A DNA stretch of 41,292 nt from an uncultured Candidatus Saccharibacteria bacterium (GTDB lineage Bacteria > Patescibacteriota > Minisyncoccia > 2-02-FULL-40-12): assembly GCA_964361105.1 (NCBI GenBank), contig CAYHZG010000001.1:1-41292 (forward strand), given 5' to 3'. The notes under the pieces are model-generated. The model saw only the letters and a program-made list of their open reading frames with translations. It searched no databases and was not told the DNA's origin. The position numbers were made by a program, and so were the translations under genes. Below, one piece after another: positions 1-8,984 of the stretch (positions are counted from its first letter, which is position 1; each line of letters opens with the position of its first letter).

Positions 1-94
1 TCAACAAATTTTTCTTTACATTTCTTTTTATTTTTTAAAAAATTAAATCAGCACCGGACTTTCGCGTTTAGTTTTAGAAAGGAGAGTCAAGATA

Positions 95-256
95 GTGAGT
101 GAAAATTCTAAAATTTCCGCGAAGCCGCCCCAAAAGGAAATTGTTCCGCTCAAAAAGAAAAAAAGACCCCGGCAATGGCGTCATTGGGAGGTAGAAAAAC
201 CCGAAGCTTCTTCGCCTGCCCGAGGTTCAGTCAGGCGCGATTCAAGCAAGGGTTGA
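95..256 (+). CDS. hypothetical small basic protein (53 aa, GTG start); could alternatively be a structured RNA
   Basis: AAAGGAGAG Shine-Dalgarno at 78-86 and GTG at 95, open to TGA 254-256. The product is Lys/Arg/Pro-rich. The segment is visibly GC-richer than the AT-rich flanks and is followed by a hairpin terminator. It is shorter than the 60-aa cutoff of the ORF track. Confidence 0.3.
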   Translation: MSENSKISAKPPQKEIVPLKKKKRPRQWRHWEVEKPEASSPARGSVRRDSSKG

Positions 257-279
257 GTGAAAACGATTTCCGAATGATA

Positions 280-313
280 AACGGGACTTAGGCCAAGTCC
301 CGTTATCTTTTTC
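280..313 (+). terminator. Rho-independent terminator
   Basis: 9-bp stem AACGGGACT (280-288) / AGTCCCGTT (296-304) with a 7-nt loop, followed by ATCTTTTTC. Confidence 0.6.
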
Positions 314-316
314 TTA

Positions 317-334
317 TTACTCAATTTACTCAAT
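317..334. repeat. tandem direct repeat, 2 x 9 bp (TTACTCAAT TTACTCAAT), upstream of the first SDR gene
   Basis: Read directly from the sequence. It lies 40 nt upstream of ATG 374, next to a promoter-like TTTACA (339-344), 17-nt spacer, TACTAT (362-367). A role as an operator is only a guess. Confidence 0.85.
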
Positions 335-373
335 TATATTTACAAAAATAAGATTTTTCATTACTATAAAAAA

Positions 374-1357
374 ATGTCTCTAAATCTAAAAAACAAGAGA
401 ATTCTTGTTACCGGCGGAGCCGGATTTATAGGAAGTTTCTTAGTTGAAAAGTTAGTCAAAATAGAAGCAAAAGTTAGGGTTGCTGATAACTTATCCAACG
501 GCTCTTTGGATAATTTAAAAAGTGTCAAAAATAAAATAGAGTTTTTGAAGCTTGATTTAAGGAACTATAAAAATTGCTTAAAAGCAACCGAGGGTCAGGA
601 TTTTGTTTTCAATTTGGCCGCAAAAGTCACCAATATCGGATACAACCGGGAACATCACATAGAAATGTTTGAAGAAAATATGCTTCTGCAAATGTATCCG
701 ATAAAAGCCGCTTTTGAAAATAAGGTTAAGAAATTTTTGCAGGGTTCCACCGTCTGTGTCTACCCCCATGATGCGATTATACCCACTCCCGAATCAGAAG
801 GAGAAAAAGGCCGGCCCGAAGATACCAATGAAGGTTATGGCTGGGCCAAAAGGATGGGCGAGGTGCTGGCCAAGTTCTATCATCAAAAAGGAATGCCGGT
901 AGTAGTCTCAAGATTTTCTAACGCCTACGGACCAAGAGACCATTTTGATTTAAAAATTGCCCATGTTATACCGGCCTTTATAGTTAAATGCTTAAAAAAT
1001 AAAAATGTGGAGGTTTGGGGAACAGGTAAACAAACCCGCTCTTTCCTTTACGTAGAAGATGCAGCCGAAGCCCTGCTAAAAATTATGAGATATGCCGAAG
1101 ATCCATATCCGATAAATACCGGCGGCAGCAAAATGATTTCCATGGAAAACCTATTGAAGCTAATCATAAAAGAGTTAAAAACAAATAATCAAGTAGTCTG
1201 GGATACTTCTTATTCTGACGGCCACAAAGAGAGACAGGCTGACACGACCAGAATGAAAAAAATCACCGACTGGACTCCTAAAACTGATTTAAAAGTAGGC
1301 CTTAAAAAAACGATTGACTGGTACTTAACGAGCCGAGCCGTTAAGCCGGGAAAATAA
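374..1357 (+). CDS. extended-SDR NAD(P)-dependent sugar epimerase/reductase, GDP-L-fucose synthase (Fcl)-like
   Basis: Rossmann motif GGAGFIGS and YGWAK (YxxxK). The block NAYGPRDHF..AHVIPAFI..VWGTGKQTRSFLYVEDAA parallels Fcl-type 3,5-epimerase/4-reductases. Confidence 0.75.
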   Translation: MSLNLKNKRILVTGGAGFIGSFLVEKLVKIEAKVRVADNLSNGSLDNLKSVKNKIEFLKLDLRNYKNCLKATEGQDFVFNLAAKVTNIGYNREHHIEMFEENMLLQMYPIKAAFENKVKKFLQGSTVCVYPHDAIIPTPESEGEKGRPEDTNEGYGWAKRMGEVLAKFYHQKGMPVVVSRFSNAYGPRDHFDLKIAHVIPAFIVKCLKNKNVEVWGTGKQTRSFLYVEDAAEALLKIMRYAEDPYPINTGGSKMISMENLLKLIIKELKTNNQVVWDTSYSDGHKERQADTTRMKKITDWTPKTDLKVGLKKTIDWYLTSRAVKPGK

Positions 1358-1987
1358 GTAGTTAGAAATTATATGAATCAGAAAAAGATGTAATGATTCC
1401 ACTGGACCATAGTGGCCCTTAGGTGAATCAATCACGATGGCCTGGCGGCAAATTCTCTTTGCTTCGCCGCCGTCAAACCCAAGGATTCCGAAAGCATCAC
1501 CATCTTTGGAATTGACATATTCAATCGCTTTAATCAGATTCGGCGAGTTTCCGCTTCCTGAAAAAACAATCAAGATATCGCCTGGCCGGTAAAGATTCCT
1601 TAGCTGCCCGACAAAAATTTTTTCATAACCTTCATCGTTGCCTAAAGCACTTATATAAGAGGTGTTATCGGTCAGACTTAGGGTTCTGAAGGGTTTGTCT
1701 TTTCCGGCACCGGCGCACAATGCCAAATCTTCGGCAAAGTGCGAGGCCGTGGCCGCGCTTCCGCCGTTTCCGATAACAAAAATTGTCGCTTCCCGCTCTC
1801 TGGCTTCTAAAAGAACTTCCGCTAATTTTTTAATTGAATCAATATCGATGGATTTAACCAAATCAAAAAAATTTTCAGTATATTTTTTGAAAAATCGGCT
1901 GAATGAAATTTTTGGTTCTTTAAAAATTTGTTCGACTCTATTCATTAAGAAGCTCTTATATCTTAGCAAAAATTGTTTAAATTTCAA
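1325..1987 (-). CDS. gmhA: D-sedoheptulose-7-phosphate isomerase (SIS domain, GmhA-like)
   Basis: VIGNGGSAATASHFAEDL, GNDEGYEKIF, GDILIVFSGSGNSPNLIKAI and GFDGGE match the GmhA SIS pattern. The 3' end overlaps the convergent 374-1357 gene by 33 nt. Met15 (1945) is an alternative start. Confidence 0.75.
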   Translation of the reverse strand: MKFKQFLLRYKSFLMNRVEQIFKEPKISFSRFFKKYTENFFDLVKSIDIDSIKKLAEVLLEAREREATIFVIGNGGSAATASHFAEDLALCAGAGKDKPFRTLSLTDNTSYISALGNDEGYEKIFVGQLRNLYRPGDILIVFSGSGNSPNLIKAIEYVNSKDGDAFGILGFDGGEAKRICRQAIVIDSPKGHYGPVESLHLFLIHIISNYLFSRLNGSAR

Positions 1988-2035
1988 ATCGGTCGATATG
2001 ACATCTGAACCAAAATCTTATAATATTCAGCTGAT

Positions 2036-3262
2036 ATGAATAAGCTTGAATTATTCCGTTTTTTCAGAGACACATTCGTACCGCCATCCTTAAGACCGCG
2101 TTTTAACTTTTGGTGCCGCTATGTTTTGTATAATCGTTGGTACAGGTTCTACTTTCTAGGATCATTCAATCTTTTAAAATATGTTTCGCGCCCGTTGGGA
2201 AAACGCAAGAAGCGGATCTTGGCCTTTGAAAATTTCTATAATAATTCGCCGGCCTTGGGAAGTTTTCTGGAATTTCAGATGAGGGCGCTTTGCTTAGCCG
2301 AATTGCACGATATTGATACGATAGACATCGCCCTAATTTACGATCTAAAAACACCTCTCTGGAATCCCAAAATGTCGAAATGGCTTAGTCCCTCAAACTT
2401 TCAACTGCTTCTTTACGAAATTCTACCCTTGTTAAACCTGAACTCGAAATTGGGCTCGGTATTTGTATTTAACTGTCGGGACGATTTTGAATCATTTCTA
2501 ACCCAGCATTCGGGAGAATATATTCTCTGCCCTTCCCTATTTCATTATATTAATAAAAGCGGCGCCGCTTCGGGAAATTATGGATTTGTGCGAAATTTTT
2601 ATCTAAAAAAGCGGTATCTGCCTCAATTTGTCTTCAAGCCCAACATTGCTCTTTGGGCCAAGGCCTTTATCAAAAAATATGCCGGAGATAAATATCCTGT
2701 TGCCGTCAACTTGCGGATGAATCCGTTTTTTGGCGAAAACCGCAACTCTGATATTCCTTCCTGGCGCCATCTATTTGAATATTGTCTCAATAAGCACCCG
2801 GAGATTGTTTTTCTGCTTTTGGCTCAACAACAAGAAGCACCAGACGACTTGAAACATATGTCTAATATTATCTTTGTAAAAAACCATAAAACCACTATGG
2901 AGCAGGATATGTGCCTTATCAAACACTCTCTTTTTTTTATGGGCGTCGCTTCCGGGCCGACATCTTTTACTAATCTTACTAATGATATACCATACCGTGT
3001 GTTCCGAGTTCAAATGTTTGATAGAAGCTACACTTATAACTGGCATAAACCGGGAAGCCAGTGGCCCTGGGCGGAAAAAACCCTGCAAAAGCTGGTCTGG
3101 GAAAAAGAATCTCCCGATTCACTAATAAAAGAATTTGAACATTTGTTCCGGCTGGTTGACAAAGAGTCCTGGCGAAAGAAAATGGAAGTAGATCAATCAA
3201 AAATCAAGATCCTGGAGTGGCCGTATATTTATGAAGACAACCAAACCCAATCAAAAAATTAG
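2036..3262 (+). CDS. hypothetical protein, distant GT9/GT-B-like glycosyltransferase
   Basis: 408-aa ORF. The C-terminal block HKTTMEQDMCLIKHSLFFMGVASGPTSF resembles the GT9 block (L..L..LI....LFIGNDSGPMHLA). The rest of the protein is not recognised. Confidence 0.4.
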   Translation: MNKLELFRFFRDTFVPPSLRPRFNFWCRYVLYNRWYRFYFLGSFNLLKYVSRPLGKRKKRILAFENFYNNSPALGSFLEFQMRALCLAELHDIDTIDIALIYDLKTPLWNPKMSKWLSPSNFQLLLYEILPLLNLNSKLGSVFVFNCRDDFESFLTQHSGEYILCPSLFHYINKSGAASGNYGFVRNFYLKKRYLPQFVFKPNIALWAKAFIKKYAGDKYPVAVNLRMNPFFGENRNSDIPSWRHLFEYCLNKHPEIVFLLLAQQQEAPDDLKHMSNIIFVKNHKTTMEQDMCLIKHSLFFMGVASGPTSFTNLTNDIPYRVFRVQMFDRSYTYNWHKPGSQWPWAEKTLQKLVWEKESPDSLIKEFEHLFRLVDKESWRKKMEVDQSKIKILEWPYIYEDNQTQSKN

Positions 3263-4322
3263 GCCCGATCAGGAATTTCCCCATTCAGAAGCCGTTTCTT
3301 ACGCTGAAGAATTCGGGCGGCATTTTACGCGGGATAACCTATTCGGCTATGTGGAAAAAATCAAAAAGATCCGGGTTCTTGTCATTGGCGAAGCAATCCT
3401 GGACGAATATCATTTTGGACACGCCATTGGTAAATCCGCCAAAGAGCCGACCGTGGCCCTGAAATTTATGCAAAAAGAGGTTTACCCCGGCGGCTCTTTA
3501 GCCATCGCCAATCACTTGTCTAATTTTTGTGACGAGGTCGGTCTTTTAGCCATGGCGGGAGAAAAAGAATCTCAAATCAATCTTATTAAAAAGTCATTAA
3601 ATAAAAACATAAAACTTTTCTTGTTCCGTAAAAAAAATTCTCCGACGATAACCAAAAAAAGATTTATAGAAATAAGCCCCATCCAAAAACTGCTGGAGTT
3701 TTACATAATCAACGACTCTGAACTTAGCAAAGCTCAAAGCTTGGAATTAAAAAGAATGCTTGATCTGACAGTACCTAAGTACAACATGGTTATCTGTGCC
3801 GATTTCGGCCACGGCATGATTGACTTAGCGGCCAGAAACACCATCGCGGCCAAGGCGAGGTTTCTAGCCGTAACTGCCCAAGCAAACGCCGGAAATATGG
3901 GCTATCACACCATCTCATTATATCCCAAAGCTGACTATCTGTGCGCCGACGAACGGGAAATAAGACTTGAGACAAGAGAAAGGAACAAAGGAATTCCAGA
4001 AATCGTAAAGGAACTTCAAAATAGGTTTTCGTATAAAAATTTGATTATTACGGCGGGTGAGGCAGGGTGTTTTCTGGTACAAAGGAATAAAATTATCCGG
4101 ATCCCGGCGCTGGTTGATAAAACCATTGATAGGGTGGGAGCCGGAGATGCCTTCCTTTCAATTACCGCTCCTTTGATATTTAGCAAAGCTCCGGCAGAAG
4201 TGGTTGGCTTTATCGGCAACGCCGTCGGCGCCATTGCCGCGAACATCATCGGAAACGAAAGGCCGGTCACCAAAGAAATGCTTTATGATTTTTTGAATAA
4301 AACCATAGGATGGACAAAATAG
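3231..4322 (+). CDS. hldA: PfkB-family sugar kinase, RfaE/HldE domain I-like (heptose-7-phosphate kinase)
   Basis: VLVIGEAILDEY..PGGSLAIANHL N-terminal block and C-terminal VDRVGAGDAFLS anchor motif. The start is uncertain: ATG 3231 overlaps the upstream ORF by 32 nt, and GTG 3351 is possible. Confidence 0.7.
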   Translation: MKTTKPNQKIRPDQEFPHSEAVSYAEEFGRHFTRDNLFGYVEKIKKIRVLVIGEAILDEYHFGHAIGKSAKEPTVALKFMQKEVYPGGSLAIANHLSNFCDEVGLLAMAGEKESQINLIKKSLNKNIKLFLFRKKNSPTITKKRFIEISPIQKLLEFYIINDSELSKAQSLELKRMLDLTVPKYNMVICADFGHGMIDLAARNTIAAKARFLAVTAQANAGNMGYHTISLYPKADYLCADEREIRLETRERNKGIPEIVKELQNRFSYKNLIITAGEAGCFLVQRNKIIRIPALVDKTIDRVGAGDAFLSITAPLIFSKAPAEVVGFIGNAVGAIAANIIGNERPVTKEMLYDFLNKTIGWTK

Positions 4323-5308
4323 CCGTTATCGGCAGCAACTCTTTTTCCGGCAGTCATTGTGTCAGCTATTTTCTGGAAAATAGCGATTTTGAAGTTATAG
4401 GCATAAGCCGATCGCCCGAATATCCGCCGGTGATGCTGCCCTATCTTTACAAAAAAAACAAGCGGCCGGCCCGATTCAAATTTTATCAGCTTGATCTAAA
4501 CAAAAATCCCAAACAAATAATCAATCGGCTCGACCGGGAAAAACCCGACATCATCGTCAATTTCGCCGCCCAGGGCATCGTGCCTTTAAGCTGGAACTCG
4601 CCGGAAGATTGGTTCAGAACAAATTGCTTAGGGATAGTCAATCTTACCAATGGCCTGCGTGAAAAGAAATATCTAAAAAAATACATCCAGGTTTCAACGC
4701 CGGAAATTTACGGCCCATGCAAAAACTTCAAAGAAACTCTCACATATTATAATCCCTCTACTCCCTACGCCGCATCAAAGGCAGCGGCTGATTTATTTTT
4801 AGTAACCCTATATAAAAAATTCGGCTTCCCGGTTTGTTTTACCCGTTCGGCCAATGTTTACGGCCCTCATCAGCAACTCTTCAGGATCATACCTAAGTCC
4901 GTGATCTCAATTAAAAAGGGACAAAAAATCCCTCTTCACCAGGGAGGATTAATAAGCCGAAGTTTTGTTCATATCACTGACGTGATGCGAGGCATTCATA
5001 AAATCATTAACCAAGGCCGAGCCGGTGAGGTTTATCACTTTGCCACCGGACAAAATATAACCATTAAAGAACTGGTTTCTATGATTTGCAAAAAAATTGG
5101 GATTAGTTTTGAAAAATCAGTCAAGAAAAGTGGCGACCGGCCGGGCCAGGATGATACCTATGACCTTAATTTTGCCAAAACAAGCAGGGAACTCGACTGG
5201 AAACCGACAATTGAGCTTGAAAGCGGCCTTGATGGTATCATCACCTGGATTAATGAATCGTGGTCAAAAATTCAAAAACTCCCTCTGGAATACAGCCATA
5301 AAAAATGA
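4310..5308 (+). CDS. NDP-sugar 4,6-dehydratase (RfbB/DmhA-like extended SDR)
   Basis: STPEIYG, YAASKAAADLF and RPGQDDTY parallel the STDEVYG, YSASKAA and RPGHDRRY blocks of 4,6-dehydratases. The glycine motif GSNSFSGS is atypical. Confidence 0.7.
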   Translation: MDKIAVIGSNSFSGSHCVSYFLENSDFEVIGISRSPEYPPVMLPYLYKKNKRPARFKFYQLDLNKNPKQIINRLDREKPDIIVNFAAQGIVPLSWNSPEDWFRTNCLGIVNLTNGLREKKYLKKYIQVSTPEIYGPCKNFKETLTYYNPSTPYAASKAAADLFLVTLYKKFGFPVCFTRSANVYGPHQQLFRIIPKSVISIKKGQKIPLHQGGLISRSFVHITDVMRGIHKIINQGRAGEVYHFATGQNITIKELVSMICKKIGISFEKSVKKSGDRPGQDDTYDLNFAKTSRELDWKPTIELESGLDGIITWINESWSKIQKLPLEYSHKK

Positions 5309-5814
5309 ACAAAATTTTATCTTTTAAACAACTCGTTCAGGAAATAAAGAAATTAAAAAAGAAAGATAAAAAGATCGGCTACTGCAACGGCAATTACGAC
5401 CTTTTGCACCCCGGTCATGCCAAGCATTTTGAATCCGCCAAAAAGCTCTGCGATGTCTTAGTGGTATCCGTGGCCAGCGACGCTTTTGTCAAAAAATGGA
5501 AGGACAAGAGCCGGCCAGTTTTTTCCGAAAAACTAAGAGCTTATATGGTCAGCCAGCTGGAACCAGTTGATTTTGTGACTATTAATACCCATCATAACGG
5601 CTCCGGGATAAAGTTTTTCAATTTACTGAAGCCGGATTACTACATCCGAGGACCGGATTACATAAATTCCAGAGCTAAACAATACCTCAAAGAAAAAGCT
5701 CTGGCTATAAAAGCTGGCTGTGCCGTAAGATACACCAAGGACCTGAAACTATCTGCCAGAGAAATCATCAAAAGCATAAAGGAAAACAAAACCTATCGAA
5801 TCAAGTCAATTTAA
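5305..5814 (+). CDS. hldC: cytidylyltransferase-fold nucleotidyltransferase, RfaE/HldE domain II-like (heptose-1-phosphate adenylyltransferase)
   Basis: GNYDLLHPGHAKHF carries an intact HxGH motif, and KPDYYIRGPDY is present. ATGA overlap with the upstream gene. The stop codon overlaps the stop of the convergent ThDP gene (5811-5814). Confidence 0.7.
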   Translation: MNKILSFKQLVQEIKKLKKKDKKIGYCNGNYDLLHPGHAKHFESAKKLCDVLVVSVASDAFVKKWKDKSRPVFSEKLRAYMVSQLEPVDFVTINTHHNGSGIKFFNLLKPDYYIRGPDYINSRAKQYLKEKALAIKAGCAVRYTKDLKLSAREIIKSIKENKTYRIKSI

Positions 5815-7616
5815 ACAGGTTCAATAAGCATGTTGCTCTGGTGTTCTTCTTCGGGCAAAAACGGATACATTCTTTCAATCGGCGAACCTAAGTAGCCACG
5901 CGATTTGTCCAAAACCGAAAGAGGGATCAGCGGCTGGTCCACGGGCATCATCACTTCGCATAAAACCGGCGAGCTTGAGTGTTTGGCTGAAAGCATGAGT
6001 TTTATCATCGTCTGGAGCTTTCGAAGGTCGCCCAATCGGTAAGCCACGACACCATAGGCCTTGGCGATTTTTGTGAAATTCGGGGCACTGTAACCGCTTT
6101 TGGGTTCTGAACCAGAATAATAGCGATCAAAAAACATTTCTTGGGTATGCTTAATGGTCAAATAGCTTTCATTATTGAGAATAAATATTTTTAAAGGAAT
6201 TTTATAATGCACGACTGTTTGTAGTTCTTGGATATTCATCTGAAAACCGCCATCGCCAAATATACCAATAATTCTCCTGCCCCCGCCGCCAAACCAGGCG
6301 CCAATTGCTCCGGGCAGGCCGTAACCCATCGGCGCAAAACCGGTATTGGTAAATATCCGCTGTCGCCCTTTGACTTTGAAGGTCTGCATCGTCGAGGTTA
6401 AGCTCGTCCCCATGTCGGTTACAACAATATCATCATCTTTTAAGTTTCGACAAAGTTCCTGGATAAAAATGTAAGAATTGATTCTCTTTTTAGTTTTATA
6501 ATAGGCGGGCAGGACAACCGGGTACTTGGCCTTCCATTCACGGCATTTCTTAAGCCAGTCGCTAACATCTGGAATATTGTTGATTTTTATTTGCTTGGTA
6601 AGGGCTTCGATAAATTTATCAGCCGGAGCGACAATCGGAAGGTCAATCTTTAACAAGTTTTTACCCAACTCATGTTCGTCAATATCGATAACTACCTTTT
6701 TGGCTAACCGAGCGTAAAGGTCTGGTTTATTGCCAACCTGGCGGGTATCCAGTCTTGAACCGATGGCAATGATTAAATCGGCATTGGCTATTGCATAGTT
6801 TGAACCACGTTGACCCATTACGCCAGCCGAGCCGATAAAAAACGGATGGTCATGACTGATTAAATCAAGGCCATTCCAAGTTAAAATAAACGGAAATCTT
6901 AATTTGTTTAATAAAGCAAGGAGTTTAGCCGGACCGCGACGGGGGTCGCTCAATCTGACCCCGTGGCCGGCAATTATTATAGGTCTTTGGCTTTTTTTGA
7001 GCATCATCAAAACTTGCTTTATTGTTTCGCTGCTAGGCAAACCATCTGAAAGAGCCCTATCTGCTTCCTGGTAGCCAGTCAGTTTTTGGGGTTCAATTTG
7101 GGCGTGCTGAAGATTAGTCGGCAGGTCTAGCCAAACCGGTCCTTTTCTGCCTGTTTTAGCCAAGAAAACCGCTTTTTCCAAATGATATCTGATGTCCCGT
7201 TGATCCGTGACCATGGCGGCATATTTAGAGTACGGCTTTGCTCCCTCGATAATGTTTATGTGCTGAACGCCAAGTTGCCTGATGGTCCGGCCGTCGGTCG
7301 TCAAAGATAGCGGCAGCTGGCCCGAAATAAAAATGCAGGGCACCGAATCGGTCCAGGCACAGCAAAGACCGGTAAAGGCATTAGTCCCTCCGGGGCCTGA
7401 TGTCACAAGCGCCGCCCCGATATTGCCGGTCGCTCTGGCATAGGCTTCTGCTGCCATAGCCGCTCCCTGCTCATGCTGGGTACAAACAAATTTAATATTC
7501 CGATTCTTGAAAAACGAGTCGGCTAAGTGGCCATTGGCCCCTCCGACAATGCCGAAAACATGCCTGATGCCCAGTTGATTTCTCAAAAATTTAACGACGT
7601 AGTCAGAAAGTTTCAT
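5811..7616 (-). CDS. thiamine-diphosphate-dependent enzyme of the acetolactate-synthase large-subunit family (YerE-like candidate)
   Basis: N-terminal GIVGGANGH region and C-terminal ThDP motif GDGGFQMN...NNESY. I start it at ATG 7616 (MKLSDYVV), 1 nt after the HAD stop, not at 7661. Confidence 0.8.
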   Translation of the reverse strand: MKLSDYVVKFLRNQLGIRHVFGIVGGANGHLADSFFKNRNIKFVCTQHEQGAAMAAEAYARATGNIGAALVTSGPGGTNAFTGLCCAWTDSVPCIFISGQLPLSLTTDGRTIRQLGVQHINIIEGAKPYSKYAAMVTDQRDIRYHLEKAVFLAKTGRKGPVWLDLPTNLQHAQIEPQKLTGYQEADRALSDGLPSSETIKQVLMMLKKSQRPIIIAGHGVRLSDPRRGPAKLLALLNKLRFPFILTWNGLDLISHDHPFFIGSAGVMGQRGSNYAIANADLIIAIGSRLDTRQVGNKPDLYARLAKKVVIDIDEHELGKNLLKIDLPIVAPADKFIEALTKQIKINNIPDVSDWLKKCREWKAKYPVVLPAYYKTKKRINSYIFIQELCRNLKDDDIVVTDMGTSLTSTMQTFKVKGRQRIFTNTGFAPMGYGLPGAIGAWFGGGGRRIIGIFGDGGFQMNIQELQTVVHYKIPLKIFILNNESYLTIKHTQEMFFDRYYSGSEPKSGYSAPNFTKIAKAYGVVAYRLGDLRKLQTMIKLMLSAKHSSSPVLCEVMMPVDQPLIPLSVLDKSRGYLGSPIERMYPFLPEEEHQSNMLIEPV

Positions 7617-7617
7617 T

Positions 7618-8241
7618 TTATGGTGATAAATAAGAATATAACTGCGGCAGGTTTCTGGCAATAAAGTCAGGGTTAATCAAACGAAGCTCTTTGGGCGAAT
7701 GAAAGCCCCAGCTTACGCCTATTGCTTTTAGGCCCAGTTTTTTAGCCAGTTCAAGGTCGCCGCAAGTATCGCTAACCATTGCCGCTTCTTGAGGGGAAAT
7801 TTTGAGCCGCTCCAAAGCCAGATTAATTTGCTTCCTCTTATCTTGATTATCGCCGGCGCCAACGAAATAAAAGCATCCCTTAATCTTAGCGCCGGCGAAT
7901 AACTTATTGATCCAACGGCTCTCTCCAGACGAAACCACAGCTAAAGCAAATGCCCGGCTAATCTTTTCAACAAAACCAGGCATGCCGGGAAAGAGTTTAA
8001 CCGCCGAATAGTATTTCCCGAAATTCTGATGCCTGAACTCGGAAAACTTGCCGTAGGCCGCGTCGCTTTTTATAAATTTACGCACACCGCTATGGTAATT
8101 ATCAATAAAAAAATCTCGATACATTATTTTGGAAAGTTTGATCCCAATTTTGGCCATCGCCTCTTTATTTAAGCCGTAGAGATGCTCAAAAGAATCCGCT
8201 AAAACACCATCGAAATCAAAAACAATCGCTTTAACTTTCAT
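7618..8241 (-). CDS. HAD-IA family phosphatase
   Basis: FDFDGVLADS (DxDx[TV]) and MVSDTCGDLELAKKLG (motif IV). Confidence 0.8.
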   Translation of the reverse strand: MKVKAIVFDFDGVLADSFEHLYGLNKEAMAKIGIKLSKIMYRDFFIDNYHSGVRKFIKSDAAYGKFSEFRHQNFGKYYSAVKLFPGMPGFVEKISRAFALAVVSSGESRWINKLFAGAKIKGCFYFVGAGDNQDKRKQINLALERLKISPQEAAMVSDTCGDLELAKKLGLKAIGVSWGFHSPKELRLINPDFIARNLPQLYSYLSP

Positions 8242-8984
8242 CTTGCTGGGCTAACCCGCTTAATGGTCAGAAGGCACAGGTCGGCAAGGACGGCTTTGTC
8301 CAACTCGCCGAGCCCTTCCCTCTCTAAAATATCAACTGGCCCGTATACAACATCTCCCTGCCTAGAAACAATGCGACCGCCCAGGATCACGGCTAAACCA
8401 ATCTTTTCTCGGTTGATCTCGGCCGAATCCTCGCCGTTTTTTAGAGTTTTGATACAAATGTTTTTGCCACCGAAATTTTTTGTAATATTGACTTCGGTGA
8501 CGGAGAATCTGGCAAGATCAGCCGCGGTCTCCATTTCTTTTAAACCCTCGTAACCCTTATTGGCCCGGCCGTACCTATCTTCCAAGCGAATAATATCGTG
8601 TTTCATCGGGGGGGTTTCAAACTCCAGAATCCTGACTCCGCCCGGAGAAACTGCCTGGGTTGAATGAAAAACGCCTGGATCCAGAATGGCCGCGGACATA
8701 GGTAACAGCTCGATCGATTCATTCAGGGATGAAAGCCGGGCTTTTCCGTCTAAAACAACCAGGGCTGTTTTTTTATTGGGGTGACAATGCATCGAAGTGG
8801 CCTCACTTTGCTTTATAAACAAATTCCAAACCTCAACTTCCGAATTTCGATACACCAAGTATTCGTTACCCCAGGGCTTGTTTACAATCAATTCCGAAAA
8901 ATTAGCCTCAATAGCCGTAACCTTGTAAGGCCGGACAGCCAGATAATCTTTATCAAGCTTAGTCTGATCAAATCTTAAAATCAT
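8238..8984 (-). CDS. cupin-domain protein (type II phosphomannose-isomerase C-terminal-like)
   Basis: WGNEYLV..MHCHPNKKTALVVLDG..FHS cupin pattern. ATGA overlaps on both sides. Contains a C7 run in the coding strand (8608-8614). Confidence 0.55.
   Translation of the reverse strand: MILRFDQTKLDKDYLAVRPYKVTAIEANFSELIVNKPWGNEYLVYRNSEVEVWNLFIKQSEATSMHCHPNKKTALVVLDGKARLSSLNESIELLPMSAAILDPGVFHSTQAVSPGGVRILEFETPPMKHDIIRLEDRYGRANKGYEGLKEMETAADLARFSVTEVNITKNFGGKNICIKTLKNGEDSAEINREKIGLAVILGGRIVSRQGDVVYGPVDILEREGLGELDKAVLADLCLLTIKRVSPAR

Noticed and set aside
54-63. On the minus strand, GAAAGTCCGG matches the conserved P4 motif of RNase P RNA.
   Set aside because: The sequence downstream on that strand is an AT-rich homopolymer-like tract with no P5-P15-type GC helices. 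A 10-mer match is plausible by chance in 82 kb of two-strand sequence.
224-252. GGTTCAGTCAGGCGCGATTCAAGCAAGG loosely resembles the SRP RNA domain IV consensus (GUCAGG..GGAA..AGCAG).
   Set aside because: The GNRA tetraloop and the complementary helix strands are not present, so I could not fold it into the helix 8 structure.
1662-2039. 125-aa ORF antisense to gmhA. Similar antisense ORFs occur at 10792-11172, 30301-30760, 32831-33265, 35195-35569 and 35588-35962.
   Set aside because: All lie fully inside well-supported genes on the opposite strand and show no motifs. They are treated as non-coding shadows.
5811-7616. The ThDP enzyme considered as phosphonopyruvate or sulfopyruvate decarboxylase, marking a phosphonate pathway.
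   Set aside because: No PEP mutase-like gene is present in the window. The protein is the full-length 600-aa AHAS type rather than the shorter decarboxylase type.
7617-7661. 15-codon N-terminal extension of the ThDP enzyme in the ORF track (MPETCRSYILIYHHK).
   Set aside because: It overlaps the HAD gene 3' end. The family N-terminus (MKLSDYVV..GIVGG) begins at ATG 7616, exactly 1 nt after the HAD stop.
8608-8614. G7/C7 homopolymers at 8608-8614 (cupin CDS), 12196-12202 (hairpin) and 40648-40654 (methyltransferase CDS), considered as phase-variation tracts as in Campylobacter capsule loci.
   Set aside because: Seven residues is below the length usually linked to high-frequency slippage. Roughly one such run is expected by chance at this composition. 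All the frames are intact.
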